The notes beneath the pieces were generated by a model that worked only from the letters and a program-made list of their open reading frames with translations, had not been told where the DNA came from and searched no databases. The translations under genes and the position numbers were made by a program. Shown here in pieces: positions 38,994-48,961 of a stretch of 64,000 bases of DNA. The stretch lies in NCBI GenBank assembly GCA_964515475.1, contig CAZEVD010000001.1:156125-220124 (forward strand), in the 5' to 3' direction. Source of the stretch: an uncultured Eubacteriales bacterium (GTDB taxonomy: Bacteria > Bacillota > Clostridia > TANB77 > UBA1234). Numbering within the stretch: the stretch's first letter is position 1; every line of letters begins with the position of its first letter.

Positions 38994-41168
38994 ATGATAG
39001 CAGAAGTAATTGTTAATTCGACAGCGAATGAACTAAATAGAACTTTTGATTATAAAGTACCAGATGAATTAACAGTTACTTTAGGCTCTCGCGTATTAGT
39101 TCCTTTTGCGAATAGAAAAATTCCAGAAGTGGGATATATTACTGGTTTTAAAGAAACTTCAGAGTTTCGTTGTAAAAGCATAATACGTGTTATTGATCAA
39201 GTTTTTGATGATGAAAAACTTGATCTGGCTAAGTGGATCAGCAATAAATATTTTTGCAATTTAGCAGAAGCGATTAGGTTGCTTGTTCCTCCGGGAACTT
39301 CAACTAATTATAATAAAGTGAAAGAAAAAACTGAAAAAGTTGTATATTTAAATTTAGATGCAGATATTTCGAAAGTTAAATCTGAGAAGCAAAGAAAAGT
39401 AATTGATTTTTTATTAGATAATATTAGTGCACCTAAGAATGTTTTGAAAGAACTTACTGATACCTCAGATGCTGTATTAAAAACCTTAGAGAAAAATATG
39501 TTCATAAGTATTAAAGACGAACAGGTTTTTAGAAATCCTTTTGCTTGTAAAATGATTTCAGAAACGAATAAGTTTAAATTGACAAATGAACAAAAGCAAG
39601 TATTTGAAAGTATTAATTTAGATTGTTATAAACAGTATTTGATTCATGGAGTAACTGGAAGTGGAAAAACAGAAATTTATTTGCAACTTATTGAAAGTGT
39701 TATATGTGCTGGGAAAAGCGCTATTGTTCTAGTTCCAGAGATTTCATTAACTCCACAAATAACAGATAGATTTTTAGCTCGTTTTGGTAATGTTGTAGCA
39801 ATACTTCATAGTGGTCTTTCAGCTGGAGAACGATTTGATGAATGGCAAAGAATTAATAAAGGCGAAGCAAGAATTGTTATCGGAGCAAGATCTGCTATTT
39901 TTGCTCCGATAAAAGATATAGGTATAATTATAATAGATGAAGAGCATGATGGTTCATACAAGTCAGATAATTTAATTAAATATGATGCAAGAGAAGTAGC
40001 TAATAGAATTGCATATATTAATAATATTCCTGTTGTTATGGGGTCTGCTACTCCAGATATTAATACTTATTATAAAGCATTAAATAATGAAATTGAACTT
40101 TTAAAACTTGATAAAAGAATTTCAAATTCTGGCCTTCCTGAAATTGAAGTGGTTGATATGAGAGAAGAGCTCGCAACAGGAAATAAAACGGTATTTAGTA
40201 GAAAACTTTATTATGCTATGAAAGAGGCAATAAAAAATAAAGAACAAATTATGCTTTTTTTAAATCGAAGAGGGTATTCAACATTTGTAATGTGCAGAGA
40301 TTGTGGGTACGTTGCAAAATGTAAAGAATGTGATGTTTCTTTGACATATCATTCAGATGAAAATAAGCTTATTTGTCATTATTGTGGGAAAACTGATAGT
40401 ATTACAGAAATTTGTCCAGAATGTTCTAGTAAAAATATTAGATATTTCGGTACAGGAACTCAGAAAATTGAAGCAGAAATTAAAAAGTATTTCCCGGAAG
40501 CATCTGTCATTAGAATGGATATAGATACAACTCGTGTTAAGAATGGACACGAAAAAATTATTAACAAATTTCGCGATGAAAAGATTGATATTTTACTTGG
40601 GACTCAAATGATAGCTAAAGGTCATGATTTTAGTAATGTAACTTTAGTAGGTATTTTGGCAGCTGATAGTTCTATGAATATAGGTGATTTTAGAGCTAAT
40701 GAACGAACATACCAACTATTAACTCAAATGGCTGGTAGAGCTGGAAGAGGTGACAAAAAGGGGATAGCGATAGTACAAACTTATATGCCAGATGAATTCT
40801 GTATAGAAGCAGTAAAAAAACAGAATTTTACAGAATTTTGCAAAAACGAAATAAATCTGCGAGAAAAGTTGAATTATCCGCCTTTTTGCGATATAATTGT
40901 ATCGGTTATAACTGGCGCGGACGAGCAAAAAGTTCAAAAAGAAGCAATGGAATTATATACATTGTTAGTTAGCGAGTTTAAGCCATATTCTCCGGTGCCT
41001 GCACCAATAAGTAAAATTAATGGAGAATACCGATGGAGAATACTTATAAAAGATATTCTAGATGATGAAAAAATAGAAAAGCTGAAAAATATTATTGATA
41101 TGTATCGAAAAACTCAAAGTACAGATGTAAAAATGGTTATCGATATTAATCCTAATAATATGCTTTAA
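38994..41168 (+). CDS. priA: Primosomal protein N' (PriA helicase)
   Basis: Walker A GVTGSGKT, DEEH, Cys4 zinc fingers (CRDCGYVAKCKECD..CHYCG). Confidence 0.9.
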   Translation: MIAEVIVNSTANELNRTFDYKVPDELTVTLGSRVLVPFANRKIPEVGYITGFKETSEFRCKSIIRVIDQVFDDEKLDLAKWISNKYFCNLAEAIRLLVPPGTSTNYNKVKEKTEKVVYLNLDADISKVKSEKQRKVIDFLLDNISAPKNVLKELTDTSDAVLKTLEKNMFISIKDEQVFRNPFACKMISETNKFKLTNEQKQVFESINLDCYKQYLIHGVTGSGKTEIYLQLIESVICAGKSAIVLVPEISLTPQITDRFLARFGNVVAILHSGLSAGERFDEWQRINKGEARIVIGARSAIFAPIKDIGIIIIDEEHDGSYKSDNLIKYDAREVANRIAYINNIPVVMGSATPDINTYYKALNNEIELLKLDKRISNSGLPEIEVVDMREELATGNKTVFSRKLYYAMKEAIKNKEQIMLFLNRRGYSTFVMCRDCGYVAKCKECDVSLTYHSDENKLICHYCGKTDSITEICPECSSKNIRYFGTGTQKIEAEIKKYFPEASVIRMDIDTTRVKNGHEKIINKFRDEKIDILLGTQMIAKGHDFSNVTLVGILAADSSMNIGDFRANERTYQLLTQMAGRAGRGDKKGIAIVQTYMPDEFCIEAVKKQNFTEFCKNEINLREKLNYPPFCDIIVSVITGADEQKVQKEAMELYTLLVSEFKPYSPVPAPISKINGEYRWRILIKDILDDEKIEKLKNIIDMYRKTQSTDVKMVIDINPNNML

Positions 41169-41188
41169 TTGAAAGGAATGAATTATAA

Positions 41189-41668
41189 ATGGCACAAAGA
41201 CAAATTAGAGAAGTGGGAGACGATTTGTTAAGAAAAAAATCGAGAGAAGTTGAAGTTGTTGATGATAAAATTAGACAATTATTAGATGATATGTATGATA
41301 CATTAAAAGCTTCTAATGACGGAATTGGTCTTGCTGCTCCTCAAGTTGGAGTGTTAAAAAGAGTAATTGTTATTGATTTAGGTGAAGAAGGAAATGGTAA
41401 AGTATACAAACTTATTAATCCTGTTATCACAAAGAAAAAAGGTGAACAAATTTGTAGAGAAGGTTGTTTAAGTGTACCTGGTCTTTTAGGAGATGTTGTA
41501 AGACCTAAAGAAATAACTGTTGAAGCTCTTGACGAAAATGGAGAAAAGGTTGTTATAAAAGCTCAAGATTTATTTGCGATTTGTCTATCTCATGAAATAG
41601 ATCACTTAGATGGAATTTTATTTATAGATAAAGCAACTGAAATCTTTGATGCAGATGCGGAGGAATAA
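41189..41668 (+). CDS. def: Peptide deformylase
   Basis: GLAAPQVG, EGCLS, HEIDHLDG motifs. Confidence 0.9.
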   Translation: MAQRQIREVGDDLLRKKSREVEVVDDKIRQLLDDMYDTLKASNDGIGLAAPQVGVLKRVIVIDLGEEGNGKVYKLINPVITKKKGEQICREGCLSVPGLLGDVVRPKEITVEALDENGEKVVIKAQDLFAICLSHEIDHLDGILFIDKATEIFDADAEE

Positions 41669-41677
41669 TATTAATTA

Positions 41678-42619
41678 ATGAATATTGTATTTATGGGAAC
41701 ACCAGATTTTGCGGTGGAATCTTTGAAAAGATTATATGAAAATGGGCATAATATAATGGCTGTAATTTCTCAGCCTGATAGAAAATCAGGAAGAGGTATG
41801 AATGTGGTTCCGACTCCTGTTAAGGAATATGCTGAAAGTAAAGGTTTAAAAGTTTATCAACCTGAACGAATTAGAAAAGATAAAGAATTAATTGAAAAAA
41901 TAAAAGATATGAAGCCAGATGTAATTGTTGTTGTTGCGTTTGGTCAAATCCTTCCAAAAGAAATTTTGGATATACCAAAGTACGGAGCAATAAATGTACA
42001 TGGTTCATTGCTTCCAAAATATAGAGGCGCAGCTCCTATACAATGGTCAATAATTAATGGTGAAACGGTTACTGGTATAACAACAATGTATATGGATGTT
42101 GGTATGGATACTGGCGATATGTTGGAAAAATTTGAAGTGGAAATTGAATATGATGATACGTATGGAACATTATATGAAAAATTAAAAGTTGCTGGAGGCA
42201 AAGCAATTGTTTCAACTTTAGATAAAATTGTAGAGGGTGTGTTGAAGCGTACACAACAAGGTGATGATTTTACAATGGCTCCTATGATAGAAAAAGAGAT
42301 GGGAGAAATTGATTGGAGTAAAACATCTACAGAAATTAGAAATCTTGTTAGAGGATTAAATCCAATGCCGGGTGCTTTTTCTTATGTAGGAAAAGAAAGA
42401 ATAAAAATTTGGAATACAGAAATCTCAACATTTCATAATGAAGATGCTGAACCAGGAACTATTTTGTTAGATAGTGAAAAGCATGGTCTAGTTATAAAAA
42501 CAGGAGATGGAGCTTTAGAACTTACAGAAATTCAAATGCCAAATCAAAAGAGAATGTCAGCTAAAGATTATTTAAGAGGGCATAAAATTAATTTTGAAAG
42601 ATTAGGAGGTAATTTGTAA
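41678..42619 (+). CDS. fmt: Methionyl-tRNA formyltransferase
   Basis: MNIVFMGTPDFA, HGSLLPKYRGAAPIQ. Confidence 0.9.
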   Translation: MNIVFMGTPDFAVESLKRLYENGHNIMAVISQPDRKSGRGMNVVPTPVKEYAESKGLKVYQPERIRKDKELIEKIKDMKPDVIVVVAFGQILPKEILDIPKYGAINVHGSLLPKYRGAAPIQWSIINGETVTGITTMYMDVGMDTGDMLEKFEVEIEYDDTYGTLYEKLKVAGGKAIVSTLDKIVEGVLKRTQQGDDFTMAPMIEKEMGEIDWSKTSTEIRNLVRGLNPMPGAFSYVGKERIKIWNTEISTFHNEDAEPGTILLDSEKHGLVIKTGDGALELTEIQMPNQKRMSAKDYLRGHKINFERLGGNL

Positions 42620-43086
42620 TGGGTGAAAAGAAAAACAAAGATTTAGAAGTGGTAGAATCAACACAAGATGTAAAAGAAACAGAAGTTAATGGTATTAAAA
42701 TAGCAGAAGATGTTGTTGCTAAAATAGCAGGTATTGCTACATCTGAAGTAAAAGGTGTTTCAAGCATGAATACAGGTTTTGTAGATGGATTGTTTGGAAA
42801 GAAAAACTTTTCAAAAGGTGTAAAAGTACAAGTTAACGATAAAGATGCAACTATTGATCTATTTATAATGGTTGATTATGGTTGCAGAATTCCTGACATA
42901 GCATGGGAAATTCAAAATAGAGTAAAAACATCTGTTGAAAATATGACAGGTCTAAAAGTATTAGAAGTAAATATTCATGTACAAGGTGTTAACATCCCAA
43001 GTTCAGCCAAGGAAGAAAAAGTTGAAGAAAACAAGGACGAAATAAAAGTAGGAAAAGTTGAAGATGTTGTAAATTCAGAAGAATAA
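42619..43086 (+). CDS. Asp23/Gls24-family alkaline shock protein
   Basis: Asp23 family core (KIAGIATSEVKGV). Confidence 0.75.
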   Translation: MGEKKNKDLEVVESTQDVKETEVNGIKIAEDVVAKIAGIATSEVKGVSSMNTGFVDGLFGKKNFSKGVKVQVNDKDATIDLFIMVDYGCRIPDIAWEIQNRVKTSVENMTGLKVLEVNIHVQGVNIPSSAKEEKVEENKDEIKVGKVEDVVNSEE

Positions 43087-43143
43087 TTATAAATGTAATG
43101 CCGAGTTTTCGGCATACATATATGAAGAGAGGATGATTTAATT

Positions 43144-43824
43144 ATGAAAATAATAGACAAGCTAATATCTTTTATATTTGATTTAGTTATAATTGTAATA
43201 GCAAGTACGATTTTGTTAGTTACTTTTGATATAGTGCAATATGAAGTGATAGAAGGTTTATTAACAGGATATTTATTTAATCCTTCTTACGAAGTAATAG
43301 TTGGAGCTGCTGCGGTAATTGTAATTCTTTTAGCTTTAAAAGTTACAGTTTTCACATCTTCTCTTTCTAATAAAACAAAGAAAAACATAATGGTTGATAC
43401 TCCGCATGGTAAAATTCAAATTGCACAATCAACTATTGAGGGAATTGCAAAGAATGTAATAAAAGATTATCCTCAAGTAAAAGATGTACAAGCTGCAATG
43501 ACAAAAGCAAGAAATGGTATCAACATGTATATGGCACTAGTTGTTTATCAAGGTATTAATATAAAAGATACTATAACTAAAGTTCAATATGATGTAAAAA
43601 CTCAAATTGAATCAACAACAAGTGTGCATGTAAATAAGATTGATGTTAAAATCAAAAACGTTTTGAAAATAGATAAAGCTTTGGTTAATCAAGAGAAAAA
43701 AATCAAAGAAGCTAGTATTGAAGAAATAGAAAAGAAAAATGATTTAACAGAAACTTTAAGAAATGAAACTGAAATTACTGCTGTTAATTCTGTAACAGAG
43801 AGTAATAAATCAACAGAAGAATAA
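43144..43824 (+). CDS. amaP: Alkaline shock response membrane anchor protein AmaP-like
   Basis: N-terminal TM, position downstream of asp23, coiled C-terminus. Confidence 0.5.
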   Translation: MKIIDKLISFIFDLVIIVIASTILLVTFDIVQYEVIEGLLTGYLFNPSYEVIVGAAAVIVILLALKVTVFTSSLSNKTKKNIMVDTPHGKIQIAQSTIEGIAKNVIKDYPQVKDVQAAMTKARNGINMYMALVVYQGINIKDTITKVQYDVKTQIESTTSVHVNKIDVKIKNVLKIDKALVNQEKKIKEASIEEIEKKNDLTETLRNETEITAVNSVTESNKSTEE

Positions 43825-43836
43825 AAAGAATGGAGG

Positions 43837-44052
43837 TTGTTTTGTATGTTAGAAAAAGTAGGAAAGTTTATTGAGAAACACGCAGGTTTTATTATAGGTG
43901 CGTTAATAGGTTTATTATTAGTTGTACTAAAATGGACTACATTTATCATTAATGTAATTATAATCGTATTTTTAGGTTATGCAGGTAAATATGTACAAGG
44001 CAACAAAGATGTTGTTAAAGAAAAAATTAAAAATCTAATTGAAAAATGGTAG
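43837..44052 (+). CDS. Small membrane protein (DUF2273-like) of the asp23 locus
   Basis: Two TM, typical locus partner. Confidence 0.4.
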   Translation: MFCMLEKVGKFIEKHAGFIIGALIGLLLVVLKWTTFIINVIIIVFLGYAGKYVQGNKDVVKEKIKNLIEKW

Positions 44053-44061
44053 GAGAAAATT

Positions 44062-44499
44062 ATGAGCAGAAAAATTGCAAGAGAAGTAGCTTTTAAAATA
44101 ATCTTTTCAAATGAATTTGAATTTGAAAAAGATACTCTAAAAGAATTAATTGAAAATATTATATCTGATGTAGAGTTGGTAGAGACTACTAATAAAAATG
44201 ATATTTCTTCAGAAGATAAAAAATATATTGAACAAGTTGTATCAGGAATCGCCGAAAAGAGAGACGAACTTGATGAAAAAATAAAAACATATTTAAAAGG
44301 TTGGACTATGGATAGAATAAGTAAAACAGACTTAGCTATCCTAAGACTTGCTGTATATGAAATGTTATATAGAGAAGATATTCCTTGCAAAGTTTCAATC
44401 AATGAAGCAATTGAACTTGCAAAAGCTTTCTGCGAGGAATCTTCACCTTCATTTATAAACGGTGTTCTTGCCGGAGTAGTTAATTCTTTAGAAAACTAA
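44062..44499 (+). CDS. nusB: Transcription antitermination factor NusB
   Basis: MSRKIAREVAFKIIF, NusB fold motifs. Confidence 0.85.
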   Translation: MSRKIAREVAFKIIFSNEFEFEKDTLKELIENIISDVELVETTNKNDISSEDKKYIEQVVSGIAEKRDELDEKIKTYLKGWTMDRISKTDLAILRLAVYEMLYREDIPCKVSINEAIELAKAFCEESSPSFINGVLAGVVNSLEN

Positions 44500-44528
44500 T
44501 TAATAAATACAAAGGGTGAAAGTATAAC

Positions 44529-45731
44529 GTGGGAGAATTTTTTAGACCAGAGCCGATGACAGTATCGGCTCTTAATCGATATATAAAAAATTTAATAGAT
44601 AATGATGAACTGTTGGGCATGGTTTATATAAAAGGTGAAATATCGAATTTTAAGAAGCATTATTCAGGACATCTTTATTTCACTTTAAAAGATGAATCGT
44701 GCCTTATTAAATGTGTAATGTTTAAAACGTATACACCTAATCTAGATTTTGAACCTAAAGATGGGGATAGTGTTTTGATTTTAGGATCAGTTGCAGTGTA
44801 TGAACGAGACGGAATCTATCAAATATATGTAAAAGGTATGGAGATAGATGGAGTCGGTGCACTTTATGCTGAATATGAAAAATTAAAAGCTAGACTTGCT
44901 GATGAAGGTTTATTTGATGAAGATAAAAAGAAACCAATACCAATGCTTCCTAAATCAATTGGAGTGATCACTTCAAAAACTGGAGCGGTAATAAGAGATA
45001 TAATAAACGTAACAACTCGTAGATTTCCAAATGTAAATATAAAATTATATCCAGCGAGTGTGCAGGGAACAGGAGCATCTGCAACTATTGTAAAAGCGTT
45101 AGAATATTTTAATGAGGAAAAGAATGTAGACGTAATAATTGTTGCACGCGGTGGCGGATCGCTAGAAGATTTATGGCCGTTTAATGAAGAGGCTACAGCA
45201 CGAGCAATATATGCTTCTGAAATTCCTGTAATTTCTGCGGTAGGACATGAAACAGATTTTACGATAGCTGATTTTGTAGCTGATTTAAGAGCGCCAACGC
45301 CTTCTGCAGCCGGAGAACTTGCGGTTCCAGAGATTAATGAAGTTAAATGGAAAATAAATAATTCTCAAAATAAATTAAAAATATTACTTAAACAAAAAGT
45401 AGAGGCGATGAAAGCTCGTTTTGAAAAAATTATGAAATCTAGAATTTTTAAAGACCCGTTTGATATGCTAAGACAGCGTCAAATGACAATATCTAATTTT
45501 GAAAAGCAAATGGCTAATAAAGTAAAATTAAACTTAAAAGATAATCGAATATCACTTATAGAAAAGATTTCAAAATTAGATGCGTTAAGTCCTTTAAAAA
45601 CATTGACAAGAGGATATGCAATAGTAGAAAATAAAGAAAAGAAAGTTGTAACATCTACTAATGATTTAGAATCGGGTGATGTTGTAAAAATTGTTTTACA
45701 AGACGGAAATAAAGAAGCTACTATTATATAG
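44529..45731 (+). CDS. xseA: Exodeoxyribonuclease VII large subunit
   Basis: OB-fold N-term, catalytic core (RGGGSLEDLWPFNEE). Confidence 0.9.
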   Translation: MGEFFRPEPMTVSALNRYIKNLIDNDELLGMVYIKGEISNFKKHYSGHLYFTLKDESCLIKCVMFKTYTPNLDFEPKDGDSVLILGSVAVYERDGIYQIYVKGMEIDGVGALYAEYEKLKARLADEGLFDEDKKKPIPMLPKSIGVITSKTGAVIRDIINVTTRRFPNVNIKLYPASVQGTGASATIVKALEYFNEEKNVDVIIVARGGGSLEDLWPFNEEATARAIYASEIPVISAVGHETDFTIADFVADLRAPTPSAAGELAVPEINEVKWKINNSQNKLKILLKQKVEAMKARFEKIMKSRIFKDPFDMLRQRQMTISNFEKQMANKVKLNLKDNRISLIEKISKLDALSPLKTLTRGYAIVENKEKKVVTSTNDLESGDVVKIVLQDGNKEATII

Positions 45732-45740
45732 GAGGAAATT

Positions 45741-45974
45741 ATGAAAGATATGACTTTTGAAGAAGCAATGACTGAACTTGAAAAAACAGTAAATGAATTA
45801 GAAGTTGAAAAATTAAGTTTAGATGAATCTGTAAAGAAATTTGAAAAAGGAATGGAATTATCTAAACATTGCACAGAACTTTTAGATAAAGCCGAAAAAA
45901 GTATTTCAATACTTATCGAACAATCAAATGGTGAAATGAAAGAAGAAACATTTGAAATCTCTACTGAAGAATAG
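45741..45974 (+). CDS. xseB: Exodeoxyribonuclease VII small subunit
   Basis: FEEAMTELEKTVNELE. Confidence 0.85.
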   Translation: MKDMTFEEAMTELEKTVNELEVEKLSLDESVKKFEKGMELSKHCTELLDKAEKSISILIEQSNGEMKEETFEISTEE

Positions 45975-45995
45975 TTGTAGGAGGAGTACGAATAC

Positions 45996-46433
45996 ATGGT
46001 AAGTATATTAGAAAATATATATTTTTGGACAGCTGCATACTCTTGGCTTATTGCACAAGTAATAAAAGTAATAAATGATTTGATAGTACACAAAAAATTA
46101 AATGTGAGACGTTTATGGGGAAGCGGTGGAATGCCTAGTTCACACGCAGCAACAGTTATGTCTCTTACAACAGTAGTTGGAATTATAAATGGTTGGGATT
46201 CGGCAATATTTGCAGTATCATTTATATTTGCAATAGTTGTAATGTATGATGCGGCCGGAGTAAGAAGAGCGGCTGGAAAACAAGCTAAAGTATTAAATCA
46301 AATGATTGAAGAAAAGGGCGTAAAAATGAAGGAAAGATTAACAGAGTTATTAGGACATACTCCTTTTGAAGTGTTTATGGGTGCTTTTCTAGGAATCGTA
46401 AATGCGTGGTTTGTGTATAATATTTGGGGATAA
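45996..46433 (+). CDS. DUF212 / YuiD-family divergent PAP2-like membrane protein (occupies the position usually held by ispA downstream of xseB)
   Basis: GGMPSSHAATVMSL motif. Confidence 0.6.
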   Translation: MVSILENIYFWTAAYSWLIAQVIKVINDLIVHKKLNVRRLWGSGGMPSSHAATVMSLTTVVGIINGWDSAIFAVSFIFAIVVMYDAAGVRRAAGKQAKVLNQMIEEKGVKMKERLTELLGHTPFEVFMGAFLGIVNAWFVYNIWG

Positions 46434-46454
46434 TATTTTATATATTAGGTATAG

Positions 46455-46491
46455 AAAAAAGCTCAACTTTTAAAGTTGAGCTTTTCGTTTT
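46455..46491. terminator. Bidirectional rho-independent terminator (A6-gctcaactttTAAAgttgagc-T-run)
   Basis: Perfect 9-bp stem flanked by A/T runs. Confidence 0.75.
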
Positions 46492-46499
46492 GGATCTTT

Positions 46500-46655
46500 A
46501 TTTATAAGAACACTCGCTATCATCTTCATGAGGGTCATCAAAAGACCAAACTACTCCTACGCCACTGCATGAACCTTTTATGTTCTCTCTTTCAGGATCA
46601 CGATCTGAATCATCCGGTACAAACCAATTACATGTTCCACACATTCTTGCCATAT
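46500..46655 (-). CDS. 51-aa acidic Cys-containing small protein MARMCGTCNWFVPDDSDRDPERENIKGSCSGVGVVWSFDDPHEDDSECSYK
   Basis: Strong RBS aggagga 9 nt upstream of ATG; terminator immediately 3'; the opposite-strand track ORF 46476-46724 lacks an RBS. Confidence 0.4.
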
Positions 46656-46778
46656 TTAATTCCTCCTAAAAAACAAATTAAATCGTTGAAAGAGTCTAAC
46701 TCAATCAACCAATTAAAATTATAGCACAAATTTGACATAAATTCAACGAATTTTGACAGATATTGCTATTTTTTAAGC

Positions 46779-46807
46779 TTGAAATCAAAATTAAAGTCTG
46801 TTAAGAT
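46779..46807 (+). promoter_or_regulatory. Sigma-A-like promoter TTGAAA-17-TAAGAT predicted to drive the downstream structured RNA
   Basis: Hexamers and 17-bp spacer read directly. Confidence 0.4.
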
Positions 46808-46814
46808 ATAAATC

Positions 46815-47412
46815 AATAAGTGGTGTGTTATTCTAGTTTTCATTGTTGATTGCGAGGGTAGGCCTAAAAATCTACTGAAAGAGCATATCGATGAAGTTCT
46901 TTAAGTTTGCTTGCGACGCCCAGTCGTGGGTTCTCTTAGGGAGTAAAGGTTTAAGGGCAAGCCATAACGGCATATGGTAAATGACCCTTCTACCGTGGAG
47001 ACACATACGTCACATTGCGATGACGTTTTGTGATAAACCTGCGAGGCTTCCCACATGAAAAGGGGAAGTACACAGTGTAGCTTTCCTTGAGCGATAAAAA
47101 GCGGATGACAACCTGAAACTTGCATTGCAAAAGAGGATAAACAGTCAAGACGTGAAGTCTGGGAAAACCTCTAGAACATTCTACAAAAGAGATACCTTAG
47201 AGATTGAAGTGTGGACTAAGTGGTAATCTAGGCTCCTATCTGGTGACAGTAGGATCTTATCTTTAAACGGAAACGACTGAGATGGCGACATCTTAGTAGA
47301 TATTAGGGAAACCCTTCTAGACCTAAGCCGCAAAATTTATCTAAGGTATTACCACTATTTACTTTAAAATTAGAAGCCCCAAAATCTTTGATTTTAGAGT
47401 TTCTTTTTTTTA
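46815..47412 (+). ncRNA. ole: Candidate OLE (ornate large extremophilic) RNA, ~600 nt
   Basis: ORF-free, GC-elevated ~600-nt region between xseB/DUF212 and a 193-aa 4-TM protein, which is the canonical ole-oapA context. Predicted promoter upstream and T-rich terminator at ~47381-47410. No primary-sequence verification was possible here. Confidence 0.45.
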
Positions 47413-47465
47413 TAAAAGTTAAGTTTGACTAGAAAATTATTAAATTTAGAATGGAGTAGTTTAAA

Positions 47466-48047
47466 GTGAGTAAAAATCCAAAAGGATCAGATAAAAAGAA
47501 TGATAAAAAGCAATCTGCACATAAATGGTGGTTGGTAAAAATATTTATAGTAACATTTATCTTATCTATTGTGTTCAACTATTTGTCTTCTACATTAGTT
47601 GAAAATTTAAATGTTATAGTTTCTTCATTAATACTTATATTAGTTATATTAACAGGTGTTATTTCAGACCTTATTGCAACTGCTGTTACAGCTGCAGAAG
47701 AAGCTCCTTTCCACGCGAAAGCTGCAGATAAAAAAAGAGGAGCTAAACAATCTGTAATGGTAATTAAGTCGGCAGACAAAGTTTCAAACGTCTGTGGTGA
47801 CGTTATAGGTGATATTTGTGGTGTATTAAGTGGTGCTACAAGTGCTCTTATTGCAATAGAACTTTCAGAACAAATATTTAATGGTGGATATATTACAGTT
47901 ATTACAATGTTGGTTACAGCTCTTGTAACTGCATGTACTGTACTTGGAAAAGGTATTGGTAAACACGTGGGCATTGAAAAAGCAAACGAGATTGTTAATA
48001 TATTAGGTGTTATAATTTCATATGTTCCTTTTGTAGGGAAAAAATAG
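47466..48047 (+). CDS. 193-aa small polytopic membrane protein, candidate OapA (OLE-associated protein A)
   Basis: Lys-rich N-terminus, ~4 TM, position immediately 3' of candidate OLE RNA. Confidence 0.4.
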   Translation: MSKNPKGSDKKNDKKQSAHKWWLVKIFIVTFILSIVFNYLSSTLVENLNVIVSSLILILVILTGVISDLIATAVTAAEEAPFHAKAADKKRGAKQSVMVIKSADKVSNVCGDVIGDICGVLSGATSALIAIELSEQIFNGGYITVITMLVTALVTACTVLGKGIGKHVGIEKANEIVNILGVIISYVPFVGKK

Positions 48048-48787
48048 TGAATAATTTACCTTCTTTGGAAAATACTAAATTTGAGTATTTCCTAAGGAAG
48101 GTGATTTTTTTGTTTAAAAATAATCTTAAATATTTAGTGATTGTATTTGCTGCATTTTATATTTATTTAGGAATTTTGTATATAACGAATTCGAATAATC
48201 AAATAGAAGAAACTATTTCACGTTATGGTTCAACAGGAAGTGAAGTTACGCAGATACAGACTAAATTAAAAAGATGGGGATATTATAATGGCCCAATTGA
48301 TGGCATATATGGGACAAAAACATATAATGCCGTAAAATATTTTCAAAGAAAAAATGGATTAACAGTTGATGGAATTGCTGGAAAAAATACGTTAGCTGCA
48401 ATGGGGATTTATAATACCACTAATAGTGGAACAAATACGGCTAATGTAGAGCTTTTAGCAAGAATTATTAACGGCGAAGCAAGAGGCGAACCGTACAAAG
48501 GGATGGTTGCTGTGGGAGCTGTAGTTTTAAACCGTGTAGATGATCCAAAGTTTCCTAGCACAATAGCAGGAGTTATTTATCAGTCTGGCGCTTTTGATGC
48601 AGTGTCAGATGGGCAGATTAATATGACTCCATCAGCAAGTGCGTATAATGCTGCTCGTGACGCTTTAAACGGCTGGGATCCATCTGGCGGTGCAATATAT
48701 TATTTTAATCCAGCAACAGCGACGAATAAATGGATTTGGTCAAGACCTTTAACTGTTGTAATTGGTAATCATAGATTTTGCAAATAA
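48047..48787 (+). CDS. sleB: Spore cortex-lytic enzyme SleB (PG-binding domain + SleB/Hydrolase_2 domain)
   Basis: PG_binding_1 repeat (GSEVTQIQTKLKRWGYYNGPIDGIYG..) and LARIINGEARGEPYKGMVAVGAVVLNRV core. Confidence 0.8.
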   Translation: MNNLPSLENTKFEYFLRKVIFLFKNNLKYLVIVFAAFYIYLGILYITNSNNQIEETISRYGSTGSEVTQIQTKLKRWGYYNGPIDGIYGTKTYNAVKYFQRKNGLTVDGIAGKNTLAAMGIYNTTNSGTNTANVELLARIINGEARGEPYKGMVAVGAVVLNRVDDPKFPSTIAGVIYQSGAFDAVSDGQINMTPSASAYNAARDALNGWDPSGGAIYYFNPATATNKWIWSRPLTVVIGNHRFCK

Positions 48788-48890
48788 ATGTCTCGAAGGG
48801 GACAGTCCTAAAAAGGACATCAATTCAAATTAAAGCTTACTAATTTGATTAATGTTGATGTCCTTTTTAGGACTGTCCCCTTCGAGACAT
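48788..48890. repeat. Palindromic intergenic element copy 2 with ~37-nt perfect arms (aatgtctcgaaggggacagtcctaaaaaggacatcaa / ttgatgtcctttttaggactgtccccttcgagacatt) and an internally palindromic loop
   Basis: Same core as 444-538; starts 1 nt after sleB stop. Confidence 0.75.
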
Positions 48891-48961
48891 TTATTTAATG
48901 TGAATTTTTTTGTTCTAAAAAATTTTTCCCTGCATATATATAGAACTAAGGAGTGAAGTAT

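Noticed and set aside
46476-47125. Track ORFs 46476-46724 (+) and 46901-47125 (-) inside the intergenic region
   Set aside because: No RBS. The first is antisense to a well-supported small minus-strand gene; the second lies inside the GC-elevated structured-RNA candidate. Better explained as non-coding.
46725-47465. RNase P RNA or tmRNA as identity of the structured region
   Set aside because: No GGAAAGUCC P4 motif on either strand; no tRNA-like T-arm (GGUUCGAnUCC) and no ..CCACCA 3' end; genomic context fits OLE better.
48891-48961. SigE/SigG promoter upstream of spoIIIAA
   Set aside because: A CATATATA element is present but -35 match is poor; could not assign confidently by eye.
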